Shown piece after piece: positions 29,911 to 39,695 of a stretch of DNA of 64,000 nt (within the stretch, counting starts at the first letter, position 1; each line of letters starts with the position of its first letter). The position numbers were made by a program, and so were the translations under genes. The notes beneath the pieces were generated by a model. It was not told where the DNA came from, searched no databases, and saw nothing but the letters and a program-made list of their open reading frames with translations. The stretch covers positions 181,500-245,499 of the forward strand of contig CAXMWW010000032.1 in NCBI GenBank assembly GCA_963422245.2, given 5' to 3'. This DNA is from an uncultured Sulfitobacter sp. Lineage in GTDB: Bacteria > Pseudomonadota > Alphaproteobacteria > Rhodobacterales > Rhodobacteraceae.

Positions 29911-32146
29911 ATGGGACGTATGAGAACCATTGCACGGCGGACCTTTCTTGTGGGCGCAGTTGCTATCGCAGGCGGCGTGGCCTTTGGCACCTACATGGTG
30001 CGCAAACCCCATGACAACCCGTTGGCTGAAGGGCTGGATGCAGGCGAGGCGACGTTCAACCCCTGGGTCAAGATCGACAGTGACAAGATCACGCTGATCA
30101 CGCCCCATGTGGATATTGGGCAGGGTTCTGCCCACATGCAGGCGCTGCTGATTGCTGAAGAAATGGACCTCGACGTCGGCCAGTATGAGACCGATTTCGG
30201 CCCGCCAGCGGCGGCGTATTACAATACGGTCCTGGGCAGTGAGACGGCGCCTTTTTGCAGTGACGGACGACAGCTTTGGCGCTCGTTCGGCGCGCTCCAT
30301 GATGGGGGCCTTGGGCAAGGTGATGGGCTTGCAAGGGACGGGGGGATCGACCTCTGTTCCCGACAGCTTTGACAAGCTGCGCGCTGCGGGTGCGACAGCG
30401 CGGGAGACGTTGAAAGCAGCCGCCGCACAGGTGCATGGCGTTGCGGTTGCGGACCTGAAAACCGAGAGCGGTGCGGTGATCCTGCCTGATGGTACGGCGG
30501 TGCCCTACGTCGAATTGGCAGGCGCTGCGGCGGGTATTGAACCGGTCACGGATGTGCCGCTGCGCGATGCATCCCAATGGCGTCTGATTGGCAAGGAAAC
30601 CATCCGTCAGGATATTCTGGCCAAGTCCACCGGCACGCTGGACTACGGGATCGACCTGAAAGTCGACGAGATGGTCCATGCCTCTGTCCGACTGAGCCCG
30701 CGTCGCAGTGCGGTGAAATCCTACAACGCGGATTCGGCGCGCCAGATGCGTGGTGTGTCAGCGGTGCTGGAAGTGCCTTTTGGTCTGGCAGTGGTGGCTG
30801 ACAACACCTGGCGGGCGTTTCAGGCGGCGGAAGCCATTGAGATTGAATGGGAAGCCGCGCCCTATCCAGCGGAACAAGCCGGGCATTGGGCAGCTTTGGA
30901 GGCGTCGTTTACCGAGGAGGCTCTGGATGCCGAGTGGCGTGCCGACGGTGACGTCGGGGCCGCGGTTGGCGAGGGCGCTGTAGAGGCCGAATACCGCGCG
31001 CCTTATGTGGCGCACCAGCCGTTGGAGCCTTTGGGAGCCATCATCCGGGTGGAGGATGACAAGGTGGAGGTCTGGACGTCTCACCAGGTGCCGCGCTTCC
31101 TGCAGCAGAAAGTGGCAGGCGTGACGGGACATGAGCCGGAGCAGGTGATCCTGCACAACCAATATGCGGGCGGCAGTTTTGGTCACCGGCTGGAGTTTGA
31201 GAACGTGACTGTCTGTGCCGAAGTGGCCAACCAGATGCGTGGCGTGCCGGTGAAGCTGACCTTCAGCCGGGAAGAGGACTTTGCCTGCGATTTCCCGCGC
31301 CACATCGGGATGGCACGTGCCCAAGGGGCTGTTGCGGGTGGCAAGGTGACAGCTGTCGCGATGGATATCGCGTCGCCATCACCCATCCGGTCGCAAATGG
31401 GCCGCCTTGGAGTGCCTGCCATGGGGCCGGACACGCAGATCCCTGCAGGGGCGTGGAATGCGCCTTACGGGATCGAGAATTTCCGGTTGCGTGCCTATGC
31501 CGCGCCTGAGCTTGCGCCAGTCTCCAGTTGGCGCTCGGTAGGCGCGTCCTCTGCCGGGTTCTTCATCGAAGGGTTCCTGGATGAGGTGATCCATGCCGCC
31601 GGGGCCGACCCGATGGAGGAGCGCTTGCGCCTGTGCAATTGGGATGTGGCACGCGGTGTGCTGGAGGCGGCCGCCGAGATGTCTGACTGGGGTGCGGATC
31701 TGCCTGCCGGCAGCGGCCGGGGCGTCGCTTTGGTGGAGAGTTTTGGTGTGCCCGTGGCCGAAGTGGTTGAGGTGAGCACCGTGGATGGCGCGATCAAGAT
31801 CGACAAGGTCTGGGTGGCTGCTGACGTGGGTCAGATCGTCGATCCGGTGAACTTTGAAAACCACGTGCAGGGGGCCGTGGTCTGGGGTCTGGGCCATGCG
31901 ATGAACTCCGAAATTACCTATTCGGACGGTATGGCGGAGCAGAGCAATTATCACGCGGCGGAGGGCATGCGCCTCTATCAGACGCCCGAGATTGAGGTGC
32001 GCGGATTGTCGAACAACTTCACCATCCGAGGCATTGGCGAGCCGCCCGTGCCGCCTGCTGCTCCGGCGCTGGCCAATGCGATCTTTGCGGCCACCGGCAC
32101 GCGGCTACGAGAGATGCCGTTCAACAAGTTTGTGGAGTTTGTGTGA
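29911..32146 (+). pseudogene. Molybdopterin-binding subunit (IorB/aldehyde oxidoreductase-like) with +1 frameshift in T-run 30252-30256
   Basis: RRTFL Tat-like N-terminus, DIGQG, TGGSTS, GGSFG, WRSVG, GIGEPPVPP; removing one T gives a continuous 744-aa frame. Confidence 0.85.
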
Positions 32147-32757
32147 TGCGTATTGGATTTGTCTTTGCAGCAGTTTTGGCCGCTGGGCCATTGATGGCGG
32201 CAGGGGACGAGATCACGATTGATCCCCCTGCGGAGGGCTCTGTGAGTGTAGAGGAAGGCTTGGCGGCCTGGGAGCGGATTTATCAGGTGGCCTCTCATCC
32301 CCGTTGTGCGAATTGCCATGTGGGGGCAAGTGATCAGCCGATGTGGTCGGGGCCAAGCTATGGCCGCACCCGTGCGCACGGTATGGGCATTCGCGCAGGC
32401 GACAGTCGGATCGGGGCGGAGACCATTCCCTGCCGGACCTGTCATGTCACGAATGACGTTGGCGGCAATGATACGCCCCACGCGGCCCCGCAGGTGGCGG
32501 CGGCTTGGCAGTTGGCCCCGGTGGAGGCGGATTGGTTTGGCAAATCCAGCGAGGAGATCTGTGCGCAGCTGCGTGACCCGGAGCTAAATGGCGACAGGAC
32601 GTTTCTGGAGCTTGCCGGCCATCTGGGTCACGACGTGATCCTGCATTGGGCCTGGTCGCCCGGAGGCGGGCGAGAGGCGGCCCCGTATTCGCTGCAGGAA
32701 CATGCGGATGACGTGTTGGCCTGGGGTGTGGCGGGGCAGCCTTGTCCGCAGGATTAG
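32146..32757 (+). CDS. Exported dihaem cytochrome c associated with IorAB-like enzyme
   Basis: Signal peptide, CANCH and CRTCH haem motifs; ATG overlaps upstream TGA. Confidence 0.82.
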   Translation: MRIGFVFAAVLAAGPLMAAGDEITIDPPAEGSVSVEEGLAAWERIYQVASHPRCANCHVGASDQPMWSGPSYGRTRAHGMGIRAGDSRIGAETIPCRTCHVTNDVGGNDTPHAAPQVAAAWQLAPVEADWFGKSSEEICAQLRDPELNGDRTFLELAGHLGHDVILHWAWSPGGGREAAPYSLQEHADDVLAWGVAGQPCPQD

Positions 32758-32766
32758 GACAAACGC

Positions 32767-32849
32767 GTCAGCGTTCTGTCCATCGGGACGAGAGTCTTTG
32801 CGGAGCAAAGGCGCGGTCCCAACGCTCCGTTGCTATTCCGAGCGCTGAC
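32767..32849. repeat. 83 bp branched inverted-repeat element
   Basis: GTCAGCGTTC/GAGCGCTGAC outer stem, GGGAC/GTCCC, CTTTGC-GGA-GCAAAG. Confidence 0.5.
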
Positions 32850-32915
32850 CTGATTGAGCGGCTGCGCCGCAAGATATGTTTTGGGTTGCGTGTTGGGCGA
32901 TGTGTTTTCCGAGGA
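32850..32915. repeat. ~66 bp dispersed intergenic repeat, copy 2
   Basis: CTGATTGAGCGGCTGCGCCGCAAGATATGTTTTGGG...TTTCCGAGGA aligns with 6754-6820. Confidence 0.7.
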
Positions 32916-32973
32916 GTATGAGACTGTGGATGTTGCAGCCTTGGAAAGCGCTTCAGGCTCACCATCCCGGAAA

Positions 32974-33130
32974 TCTGGAGCCGCCCTTGATTGATCTCTG
33001 GCCTCGCACTCGGCTGCCGGAGGGGCAAGCACAATGGCCGTATCCCCACCTTCGGGGGGCCCCTCGGCAATTCTGCTTGCCCCTCCGCCCTCCGCGCGCG
33101 CGCCCGTTCTCAAGCAAGGGCGGCTCCAGA
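32974..33130. repeat. 157 bp rod-like element with 21 bp terminal inverted repeats (MITE-like or structured RNA)
   Basis: TCTGGAGCCGCCCTTGATTGA / TCAAGCAAGGGCGGCTCCAGA (1 mismatch); inner 22 bp stem 33019-33040/33065-33086; central cTTCGg loop. Confidence 0.75.
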
Positions 33131-33137
33131 CCGGAGG

Positions 33138-34691
33138 TCAGTGGCTTTGGTTCAGCTCGTCGCTGGCGGGGATTTCAGCTTCTCGGCGCGCGATATAGGC
33201 GAGGAGCTCTTCGTCCTTGGCAATGTCGAGCGAGGGTTTCTGGTATTCGCTGAGCAGCTTTTTGGCATGATTAAGCGCGCGTTCGGTGATCTCCACGCCG
33301 CCTTCGGCCTGCCACTGTTCGATGGAGTTGTTGTCGAAAAGCTCCGGCATGAAGAAGGCGGTCTGGAAGTTTTCCTGCGTATGTGGATGGCCCAGATAGT
33401 GCCCGCCGGGGCCCACATCCGGCACGGCGGCCAGGGCATCATCGAAGTCGTCAAAGTTCACTCCCTGCGCCAAGCGGTGCGCCATGGCGCATTGTTCTGC
33501 GTCCACAATGAATTTGGCGACAGAGCAGTGCATCCCGGCCTCGTTCCAGCCCGCCGAGTGCCAGATGTAGTTGGCACCGGCATGCATGACGGCCTGCAGT
33601 GTTGTGGCGCTTTCGTAGCCTGCTTGCGCGTCAAAGGTTTTGGCCCCGCCGAGTGTGTTCGAGGTGCGCCAGGGGACGTCGTAGAACCGCGCCATCTGGC
33701 CGATCATGAAGTTCATCAGGCTGATTTCCGGGGTGCCCGCCATAGGCGCGCCGGACTTCATGGAGACGGTGGAGAGGTAGTGGCCGTAGATCGCGGGTGC
33801 GCCGCGGCGGATGACTTGGGTGTAGGCCAGGGCGGAGAGCGCTTCAGCGTTGAGCTGGGCGACAGAGGCTGCAACAGAGGCGGGCGTGTTGGCCCCACCC
33901 AGCACGAAGGGCGAGCAGAGCACCGGTTGATTGGCGCGGGAAAACGCGCGCATCGCCCCCAGCATGGTTTCGTCCCACACGAGAGGGGAGTTGCCGTTGC
34001 AATTGCCGGTCACCACCGGGTGCGTGTCGATGAAATCCGACCCAAAGAGGATGCGGCACATGTCGATGACGTCCTCAGCGTTTTTGGGGCTGGTGGTCAT
34101 GCCCATGAAGGTCTTGTCAGAATGCTTCATCGAGGAATAGGTGATCCGCAGATGGCGCTGGCTGATCGGGTGGTCGTAGGGTTCCACGATATGATGGGCC
34201 GAGGAATGCAGGCTGGGCAGCATGTGGCTGAGTTTGTGGAACATCGCCAGATCGTCGAGCGTCGGGTTGCGGCGCACATCCTCGAGGTCCCGCAGGTAGG
34301 GGGCACCGGTCATGGGGACGAAGATCGATTTGGTGCCGCCGAGTGCCACGTTCTTTTGCGGGTCGCGCGCGTGGTAGGTGAAAGAGCTGGGGATGGTGGC
34401 AATGAGATCGCGCACGAGGCCGCGGTCGAGGTAGACACGTTCGCCTTCGACCTTGGCTCCGGCCTGTTCCCAGTCGGCCAGGGCAATGTCATCGCGGAAG
34501 ATCACCCCAACGTTTTCGAGGATGTCCATGGAGGCGGCGTCGATCTTCTCCACCTGTGATCCTGTGAGGATTTCGCACGTGGGGATCTTGTTGTTGATGC
34601 CCGGCAGCATTGTGAAATCCACAGCCGTGCGCATCGCTCGGCGGGCCGCACGGCCACCGGCGCGGGAACGGGGTAAAGCTTCAGTGGTCAT
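33138..34691 (-). CDS. mttB: Trimethylamine methyltransferase (MttB) family protein, non-pyrrolysine, copy 2
   Basis: NCNGNSPLVWD, SPFVLGGANTP, STVSMKSGAP, WHSAGWNEAG; no in-frame TAG. Confidence 0.9.
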   Translation of the reverse strand: MTTEALPRSRAGGRAARRAMRTAVDFTMLPGINNKIPTCEILTGSQVEKIDAASMDILENVGVIFRDDIALADWEQAGAKVEGERVYLDRGLVRDLIATIPSSFTYHARDPQKNVALGGTKSIFVPMTGAPYLRDLEDVRRNPTLDDLAMFHKLSHMLPSLHSSAHHIVEPYDHPISQRHLRITYSSMKHSDKTFMGMTTSPKNAEDVIDMCRILFGSDFIDTHPVVTGNCNGNSPLVWDETMLGAMRAFSRANQPVLCSPFVLGGANTPASVAASVAQLNAEALSALAYTQVIRRGAPAIYGHYLSTVSMKSGAPMAGTPEISLMNFMIGQMARFYDVPWRTSNTLGGAKTFDAQAGYESATTLQAVMHAGANYIWHSAGWNEAGMHCSVAKFIVDAEQCAMAHRLAQGVNFDDFDDALAAVPDVGPGGHYLGHPHTQENFQTAFFMPELFDNNSIEQWQAEGGVEITERALNHAKKLLSEYQKPSLDIAKDEELLAYIARREAEIPASDELNQSH

Positions 34692-34823
34692 GGGCCGCAT
34701 CCTTGTTCTATTCCGACAGAATTGCATTTGAGCGACCGATTTGCTTGTCCGGGGGCGAACATCGCGGGTGGAGAAGTGGCGGGAAAGGCTTGACCTTGCC
34801 CGGTTGGCGCGTTCCGGTGCGGC

Positions 34824-35864
34824 ATGGACCTTTTGTGTGTAACCCGCCCCGCGCCGATGGCTGAGCTCGATGGTTTTCCCGTACCGTCCGTGGATGCCGA
34901 TAAGCCCACCGAAATGTTGACCCGGTGTCCGGCGGCAGGGGAGACGCCTTTGGTGTCCTCAGAGGCGATTGCCAATGAGGCCGCTGTTGCTGAGGTCTGG
35001 ATCAAGGATGAACGTGGACGCATGGGGCTGGGCAGCTTCAAGGCGTTGGGTGCAGCCTATGTGGTGGCTTGCGATGCGGCAGAGGGTAAGATCGCCGGCC
35101 GGACCTATGTCACGGCGAGTGCGGGGAACCATGGGATGTCGGTGGCCGCGGGCGCGCATGCTTTTGGCGCGCGGTCGGTTGTCTATATTGCCGAGACAGT
35201 GCCCGAGGCCTTTGCCGCGCGGTTGGCAGAGCAGGGGGCCGAGGTGGTGCGTGAAGGGGCGATGTATGAAGCCTCGATGGCCGCGGCGGAGGCCGCAGCG
35301 GAGGCCAATGGCTGGGCGCTGTTGTCGGATTCGTCCTGGGAGGGTTATGTGGCGCGGCCCCATCGATTGATGGAGGGCTATCTTGTGATGGCGGCCGAGG
35401 CGATCGCCCAATTTGAAGGCGTGCCAAGCCATGTGTTCCTGCAGGCTGGTGTGGGCGGTTTGGCGGCGGCTGTGGCTGCTTTGGTGCGCGACCGGTGGGG
35501 GGATGCGCCCAAGATTGTGGTGGTGGAGCCTGCCTTTGCGCCTGCAATCCATGCGTCTGTTCAAGCTGGGCGGCCCGTTGAGACGTCCGGCCCAGTGAGC
35601 GAGATGGGGCGGCTGGATTGCAAGATGGCGTCATTGATTGCCCTGAAGGGGCTGGCGCGGGACGCGGATGCCTATGCGTTGATCACGGAAGAAGAGGCGC
35701 AAGTGGGTGCAGGCACCGCGAAGGTGGCCGGGTTGGCTTCGACCCCGTCAGGGGCTGCGGGCGTTGCCGGGCTGTTGGCCCTGTCGGAGGCACAGCGGGC
35801 AGAGCTGGAGATGAACGCGCAATCACGGGTTTTGTGCATTTTGAGCGAAGGGCCCGAAGCATAG
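34824..35864 (+). CDS. PLP-dependent fold-II lyase, diaminopropionate ammonia-lyase-like
   Basis: KDERGRMGLGSFKALG, ASAGNHG, QAGVGG, TPSGAAG. Confidence 0.82.
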   Translation: MDLLCVTRPAPMAELDGFPVPSVDADKPTEMLTRCPAAGETPLVSSEAIANEAAVAEVWIKDERGRMGLGSFKALGAAYVVACDAAEGKIAGRTYVTASAGNHGMSVAAGAHAFGARSVVYIAETVPEAFAARLAEQGAEVVREGAMYEASMAAAEAAAEANGWALLSDSSWEGYVARPHRLMEGYLVMAAEAIAQFEGVPSHVFLQAGVGGLAAAVAALVRDRWGDAPKIVVVEPAFAPAIHASVQAGRPVETSGPVSEMGRLDCKMASLIALKGLARDADAYALITEEEAQVGAGTAKVAGLASTPSGAAGVAGLLALSEAQRAELEMNAQSRVLCILSEGPEA

Positions 35865-35869
35865 CACGC

Positions 35870-35937
35870 CTGAAATCCTGCGAGGATTTCAGAACGGAAA
35901 AGTCGACTTTTCCGGGTGTTTTCCTCGCAGGAAAACA
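35870..35937. repeat. Triple-hairpin intergenic element, full copy 2 (opposite orientation)
   Basis: CTGAAATCCT-GCG-AGGATTTCAG / CGGAAAAGTCGACTTTTCCG / TGTTTTCCT-CGC-AGGAAAACA. Confidence 0.85.
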
Positions 35938-35945
35938 GGGCCATG

Positions 35946-37115
35946 TCAGGCTGTCAGTGGCAGACGTTTTTCGAGGATACGGGCCAGGATGGAGGCTCCG
36001 ACGGGTAGGATGCCTGGATCAATCTCGAACTTCGGGTGATGCACCGACACCTTCCCTCCATGACCCAGTGTGCAATAGGCCCCGGGGATCTCGCGCAGCA
36101 TATCGGCGAAGTCTTCGGACCCGGTGACCGGTTCATCCCGTTCAGCGACCTTGTTTGCGCCTACAACGTCGGCGGCGGCGTCCATATAGGCGTCGGACAG
36201 GGCTGCGTCGTTCTGCAACACGTTAAAGACGTTGCGTAATTCAACTTCGATTTCGACGTTGTAGGCTTGTGCAAAGCCTGCGCAAAGCGTTTGCAGGCGT
36301 TCTTCGGCTAAAGCGCAGACTTCGTCTTTGAAATACCGGATGGTGCCTGCGAGCGTGGCGGTGTCGGGCACCACATTGTAGGCCGCACCAGCGTGGATTT
36401 GGGTTACGGAAACCACGCAGGCGTCCAGCGCGCGCACGTTGCGGGATACGATGGTCTGGATGTCTCCGACCAGCGAAGACGCCACGATCAGCGGGTCGCG
36501 CGCGTCGTGGGGCATGGCCCCGTGGCTGCCTTTGCCCTTGATCCTGATATCGAAAAAGCTGGAGCCCGCCATCGCGCGCCCCTTTACGATGCCGAACTGG
36601 TTGGCCTCTCCGTTTGGCCAGTTGTGCATGCCGTAAAGCTCATCACAGGGGAAGCGCTGGAAAAGGCCATCGGCGATCATGCCGCGTGCACCGCCCAAGC
36701 CCTCTTCGGCGGGTTGGAAAATCAGCACGGCGGTCCCGTCGAAATCTCGCGTCTCGGCCAGGTGTTTGGCGGCTCCCAGCAGCATGGTGGTATGGCTGTC
36801 ATGGCCACAGGCGTGCATCACGCCATCGTTCTTCGAGGCATAGGGCAGGCCGGTTTCTTCGTGGATGGGCAGCGCGTCCATGTCTGCGCGCAATCCGATC
36901 CGGCGGTTGCCGCCGCCTTTGCCTTTGATCAGGCCCACAACGCCGGTTTTGCCGATGCCTTCATGCACTTCGTCCACGCCGTAGGCGCGGAGTTTTTCGG
37001 CGACGACGCCCGCCGTGCGTACCTCGGTAAAGCCGATCTCGGGGTGCGCGTGCAGGTCTTTGAAGATCGCCTCAAGTTCGTCCGTAGCGTCAGCGATGAT
37101 CGGCAGAATTCCCAT
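35946..37115 (-). CDS. M20 amidohydrolase (hippurate hydrolase-like)
   Basis: HAHPEIGF, LRADMDALP, MHACGHD, QPAEEG, GSEDF, HHPKF. Confidence 0.92.
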   Translation of the reverse strand: MGILPIIADATDELEAIFKDLHAHPEIGFTEVRTAGVVAEKLRAYGVDEVHEGIGKTGVVGLIKGKGGGNRRIGLRADMDALPIHEETGLPYASKNDGVMHACGHDSHTTMLLGAAKHLAETRDFDGTAVLIFQPAEEGLGGARGMIADGLFQRFPCDELYGMHNWPNGEANQFGIVKGRAMAGSSFFDIRIKGKGSHGAMPHDARDPLIVASSLVGDIQTIVSRNVRALDACVVSVTQIHAGAAYNVVPDTATLAGTIRYFKDEVCALAEERLQTLCAGFAQAYNVEIEVELRNVFNVLQNDAALSDAYMDAAADVVGANKVAERDEPVTGSEDFADMLREIPGAYCTLGHGGKVSVHHPKFEIDPGILPVGASILARILEKRLPLTA

Positions 37116-37128
37116 TTTGCGTCCTTCC

Positions 37129-38754
37129 TTAGGCAGTGGCACCCTCGTACCCAAAGGTCACATCAGCCCCGGGGGCAGCATCCAGCAGCAGGCGGGTGTA
37201 GGGGTCCTTGGGGTTCATATAGACGTCCCGCGTCGGCCCTTGTTCGACCACCACACCTTTCTTCATCACGATCAGCCGGTCGCAGATTTGTGCGGCTACG
37301 CGCAGGTCGTGGGTGATGAAGAGCATGGCGAGGTTGTATTTCTCGCGGATGTCGTCGAGCAGTTCGAGCACCTGCGCCTGGACGGAGACATCGAGGGCGG
37401 AGACGGCCTCATCCGCGATGAGCACTTCTGGCTCCACCGCCAGCGCACGGGCGATGCAGATTCGCTGCCGTTGCCCGCCGGAGAATTGGTGGGGGTAGCG
37501 TTCCAGCGCGTCGCCCGACAGGCCCACTAGCTCCATCAAGTCGCGGGCGGTTTGGATCGCATCTTCTTTGGAGGCTCCGAAGTTCATGGGGGCTTCGATC
37601 AGGGATAGGCCGATTGTGCGGCGGGGGTTCAGGGAACGGTAGGGGTCCTGAAAAACGATCTGGACCTTGCGCCGGTGCGGGCGCAGTTGCGATTCCGGGA
37701 TGGTCGCGATTTCGGTGCCGTGCAGGCTGATGGAGCCCGACGTGGGATCAATGAGCCGCGCAATGCAGCGGGCCACGGTGGATTTGCCAGAGCCGCTTTC
37801 GCCGACGATGCCGAGCGTTTCGCCGTTGCGCACGTGCAGGTTCACGTCTTGGGCTGCATGCACGATACGGTCGCGGCTGAGCCAGCCTGTGCGGCCGTAG
37901 ACCTTGTTCAGACCCGCGACATCAATTGCCATCTCACCGCCGCGTTCTTCGCGTTCGGGCGGCGTCATCGAAGGTACGGAAGCCATCAGCATCTTGGTGT
38001 AGGGTTCTTGCGGGCGCTGCAGCACGTCGTCGCGGTCGCCGTATTCGACGACGCGGCCGTTTTGCATGACGACGATGCGGTCGGCGATTTCGGCCACGAC
38101 GCCGAAGTCGTGCGTGATGAAGAGCACGCCCGTGCCGCGCCGTTCCTGCATTTCCTTGATCAGCTTAAGGATCTGAGCTTGCGTGGTCACGTCCAAGGCG
38201 GTCGTGGGCTCGTCCGCGATCAGCAAGGCCGGGTCCAGCACCAGCGCCATGGCGATCATGATGCGCTGGCGTTGCCCGCCCGACAGCTGGTGCGGGAAGC
38301 TGTCGACCATCTTTTCGGGGTCGGGGAGTTGCACGGCCTCCATGATCTCGATGGCGCGCGTGCGGCGTTCAGCGGCCGACATCGACGTGTGGATCTCCAG
38401 CATCTCGCCAATCTGCTCGCCCACCCGCGTGACCGGGTTCAGCGCCGTCATGGGCTCCTGAAAGATCATCGCCATGCTGGTACCACGCAGGTTGCGCAGG
38501 CGGGTTTTACCCGCTTGCAGCGTGTCTTCGCCCTGCAACAGGGTTTCGCCCTTCGTGGGTTTCAGCACATTCGGCAGCAGGCCCATGACGGCAGAAGCGG
38601 TGACGGATTTACCCGACCCGCTTTCGCCCACGACACAGACAATCTCGCCCGGTGCAACGGTAAAGCTGATGTCCTCAATGGCGTTTTCGCGGTCGCCGTC
38701 TTTGGGCAGTTGAACCGTGAGGTTCTTGACGTCTAGCACGTTGTCCATCGTCAC
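37129..38754 (-). CDS. Dipeptide/oligopeptide-type ABC transporter fused double ATP-binding protein
   Basis: Two GESGSGKS Walker A, LSGGQRQR/FSGGQRQR, ADEPTTALD/ADEAVSALD. Confidence 0.93.
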   Translation of the reverse strand: MTMDNVLDVKNLTVQLPKDGDRENAIEDISFTVAPGEIVCVVGESGSGKSVTASAVMGLLPNVLKPTKGETLLQGEDTLQAGKTRLRNLRGTSMAMIFQEPMTALNPVTRVGEQIGEMLEIHTSMSAAERRTRAIEIMEAVQLPDPEKMVDSFPHQLSGGQRQRIMIAMALVLDPALLIADEPTTALDVTTQAQILKLIKEMQERRGTGVLFITHDFGVVAEIADRIVVMQNGRVVEYGDRDDVLQRPQEPYTKMLMASVPSMTPPEREERGGEMAIDVAGLNKVYGRTGWLSRDRIVHAAQDVNLHVRNGETLGIVGESGSGKSTVARCIARLIDPTSGSISLHGTEIATIPESQLRPHRRKVQIVFQDPYRSLNPRRTIGLSLIEAPMNFGASKEDAIQTARDLMELVGLSGDALERYPHQFSGGQRQRICIARALAVEPEVLIADEAVSALDVSVQAQVLELLDDIREKYNLAMLFITHDLRVAAQICDRLIVMKKGVVVEQGPTRDVYMNPKDPYTRLLLDAAPGADVTFGYEGATA

Positions 38755-39695
38755 ACCCGCTTTGCAAAGCGCGGGTCAAGCGTGTCGCGCAGACCGTCGC
38801 CGAGCATGTTCACGGCCAGCACCGTCACAGCGAGGATCACGCCGGGATAGAGGATCTGGTGCGGGTGTAGTTGGAAGTTTTCGCGCGCGACGCCCATGAT
38901 GTTGCCCCAAGTGGGGATTTCATCCGCCGGGATGCCGAGGCCGAGGAAGCTGAGGATCGCTTCGACGATGATGGCAGAGGCGACGATGAAGGTACCCTGC
39001 ACGATCAGGGGCGCGACCGTGTTGGGCAGCACGTGGCGCGAAAGCAGCAGGTGCGTGGGGGTACCAGCGCAGATGGCGGCCTCCACATAGGGTTCTTCGC
39101 GGATGGATAGAACGATGGAGCGGACGAGCCTGACCACGCGTGGCACCTCTGGCACCACGATGGCGATAATGACTGATCCGAGGCCTGCGTTGAAGACCGA
39201 GACCACCGCAATGGCCAAGAGGATCGCGGGGATGGCCATGAGGCCATCCATGATCCGCATGATGATCCCGTCGAGCGCGCGGAAGTAGCCCGCGATCAGG
39301 CCTAGAATCATGCCGATGGCAATAGCAATAGAAGCCACAGCTGCGCCAACGATCAGCGAGACACGCGCTCCATAGATTACGCGGGAATAGATGTCGCGGC
39401 CCAAAGAGTCCGTGCCGAGGTGGTAGGTGACTGGGATCTTCACGCGCCCTTCGTCGGTGTAGATGCGGGTTTCACCCTCAAACCCCGGTGCGGCAAGGCG
39501 GTTGGCCGGAGAGATTGCATTGGGGTCCTGCGTGCCCAGGAAGGGGGCCATGATCGCCATCGCGCAGACGATGATCACCAGCGCGCCGCCGATCATCACG
39601 GAGGGGTGGCTGAGCATCCGGTTGAGGGTCTGCCGGAGTGGAGAGGCCCCTTTGGCTTCAGGTACTTCGGGTGCAGAGGTGGTGACAACCGACAT
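38751..39695 (-). CDS. Peptide-type ABC transporter permease (DppC-like)
   Basis: LGTDSLGRD, YVEAA EAA loop, WGNI. Confidence 0.92.
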   Translation of the reverse strand: MSVVTTSAPEVPEAKGASPLRQTLNRMLSHPSVMIGGALVIIVCAMAIMAPFLGTQDPNAISPANRLAAPGFEGETRIYTDEGRVKIPVTYHLGTDSLGRDIYSRVIYGARVSLIVGAAVASIAIAIGMILGLIAGYFRALDGIIMRIMDGLMAIPAILLAIAVVSVFNAGLGSVIIAIVVPEVPRVVRLVRSIVLSIREEPYVEAAICAGTPTHLLLSRHVLPNTVAPLIVQGTFIVASAIIVEAILSFLGLGIPADEIPTWGNIMGVARENFQLHPHQILYPGVILAVTVLAVNMLGDGLRDTLDPRFAKRV

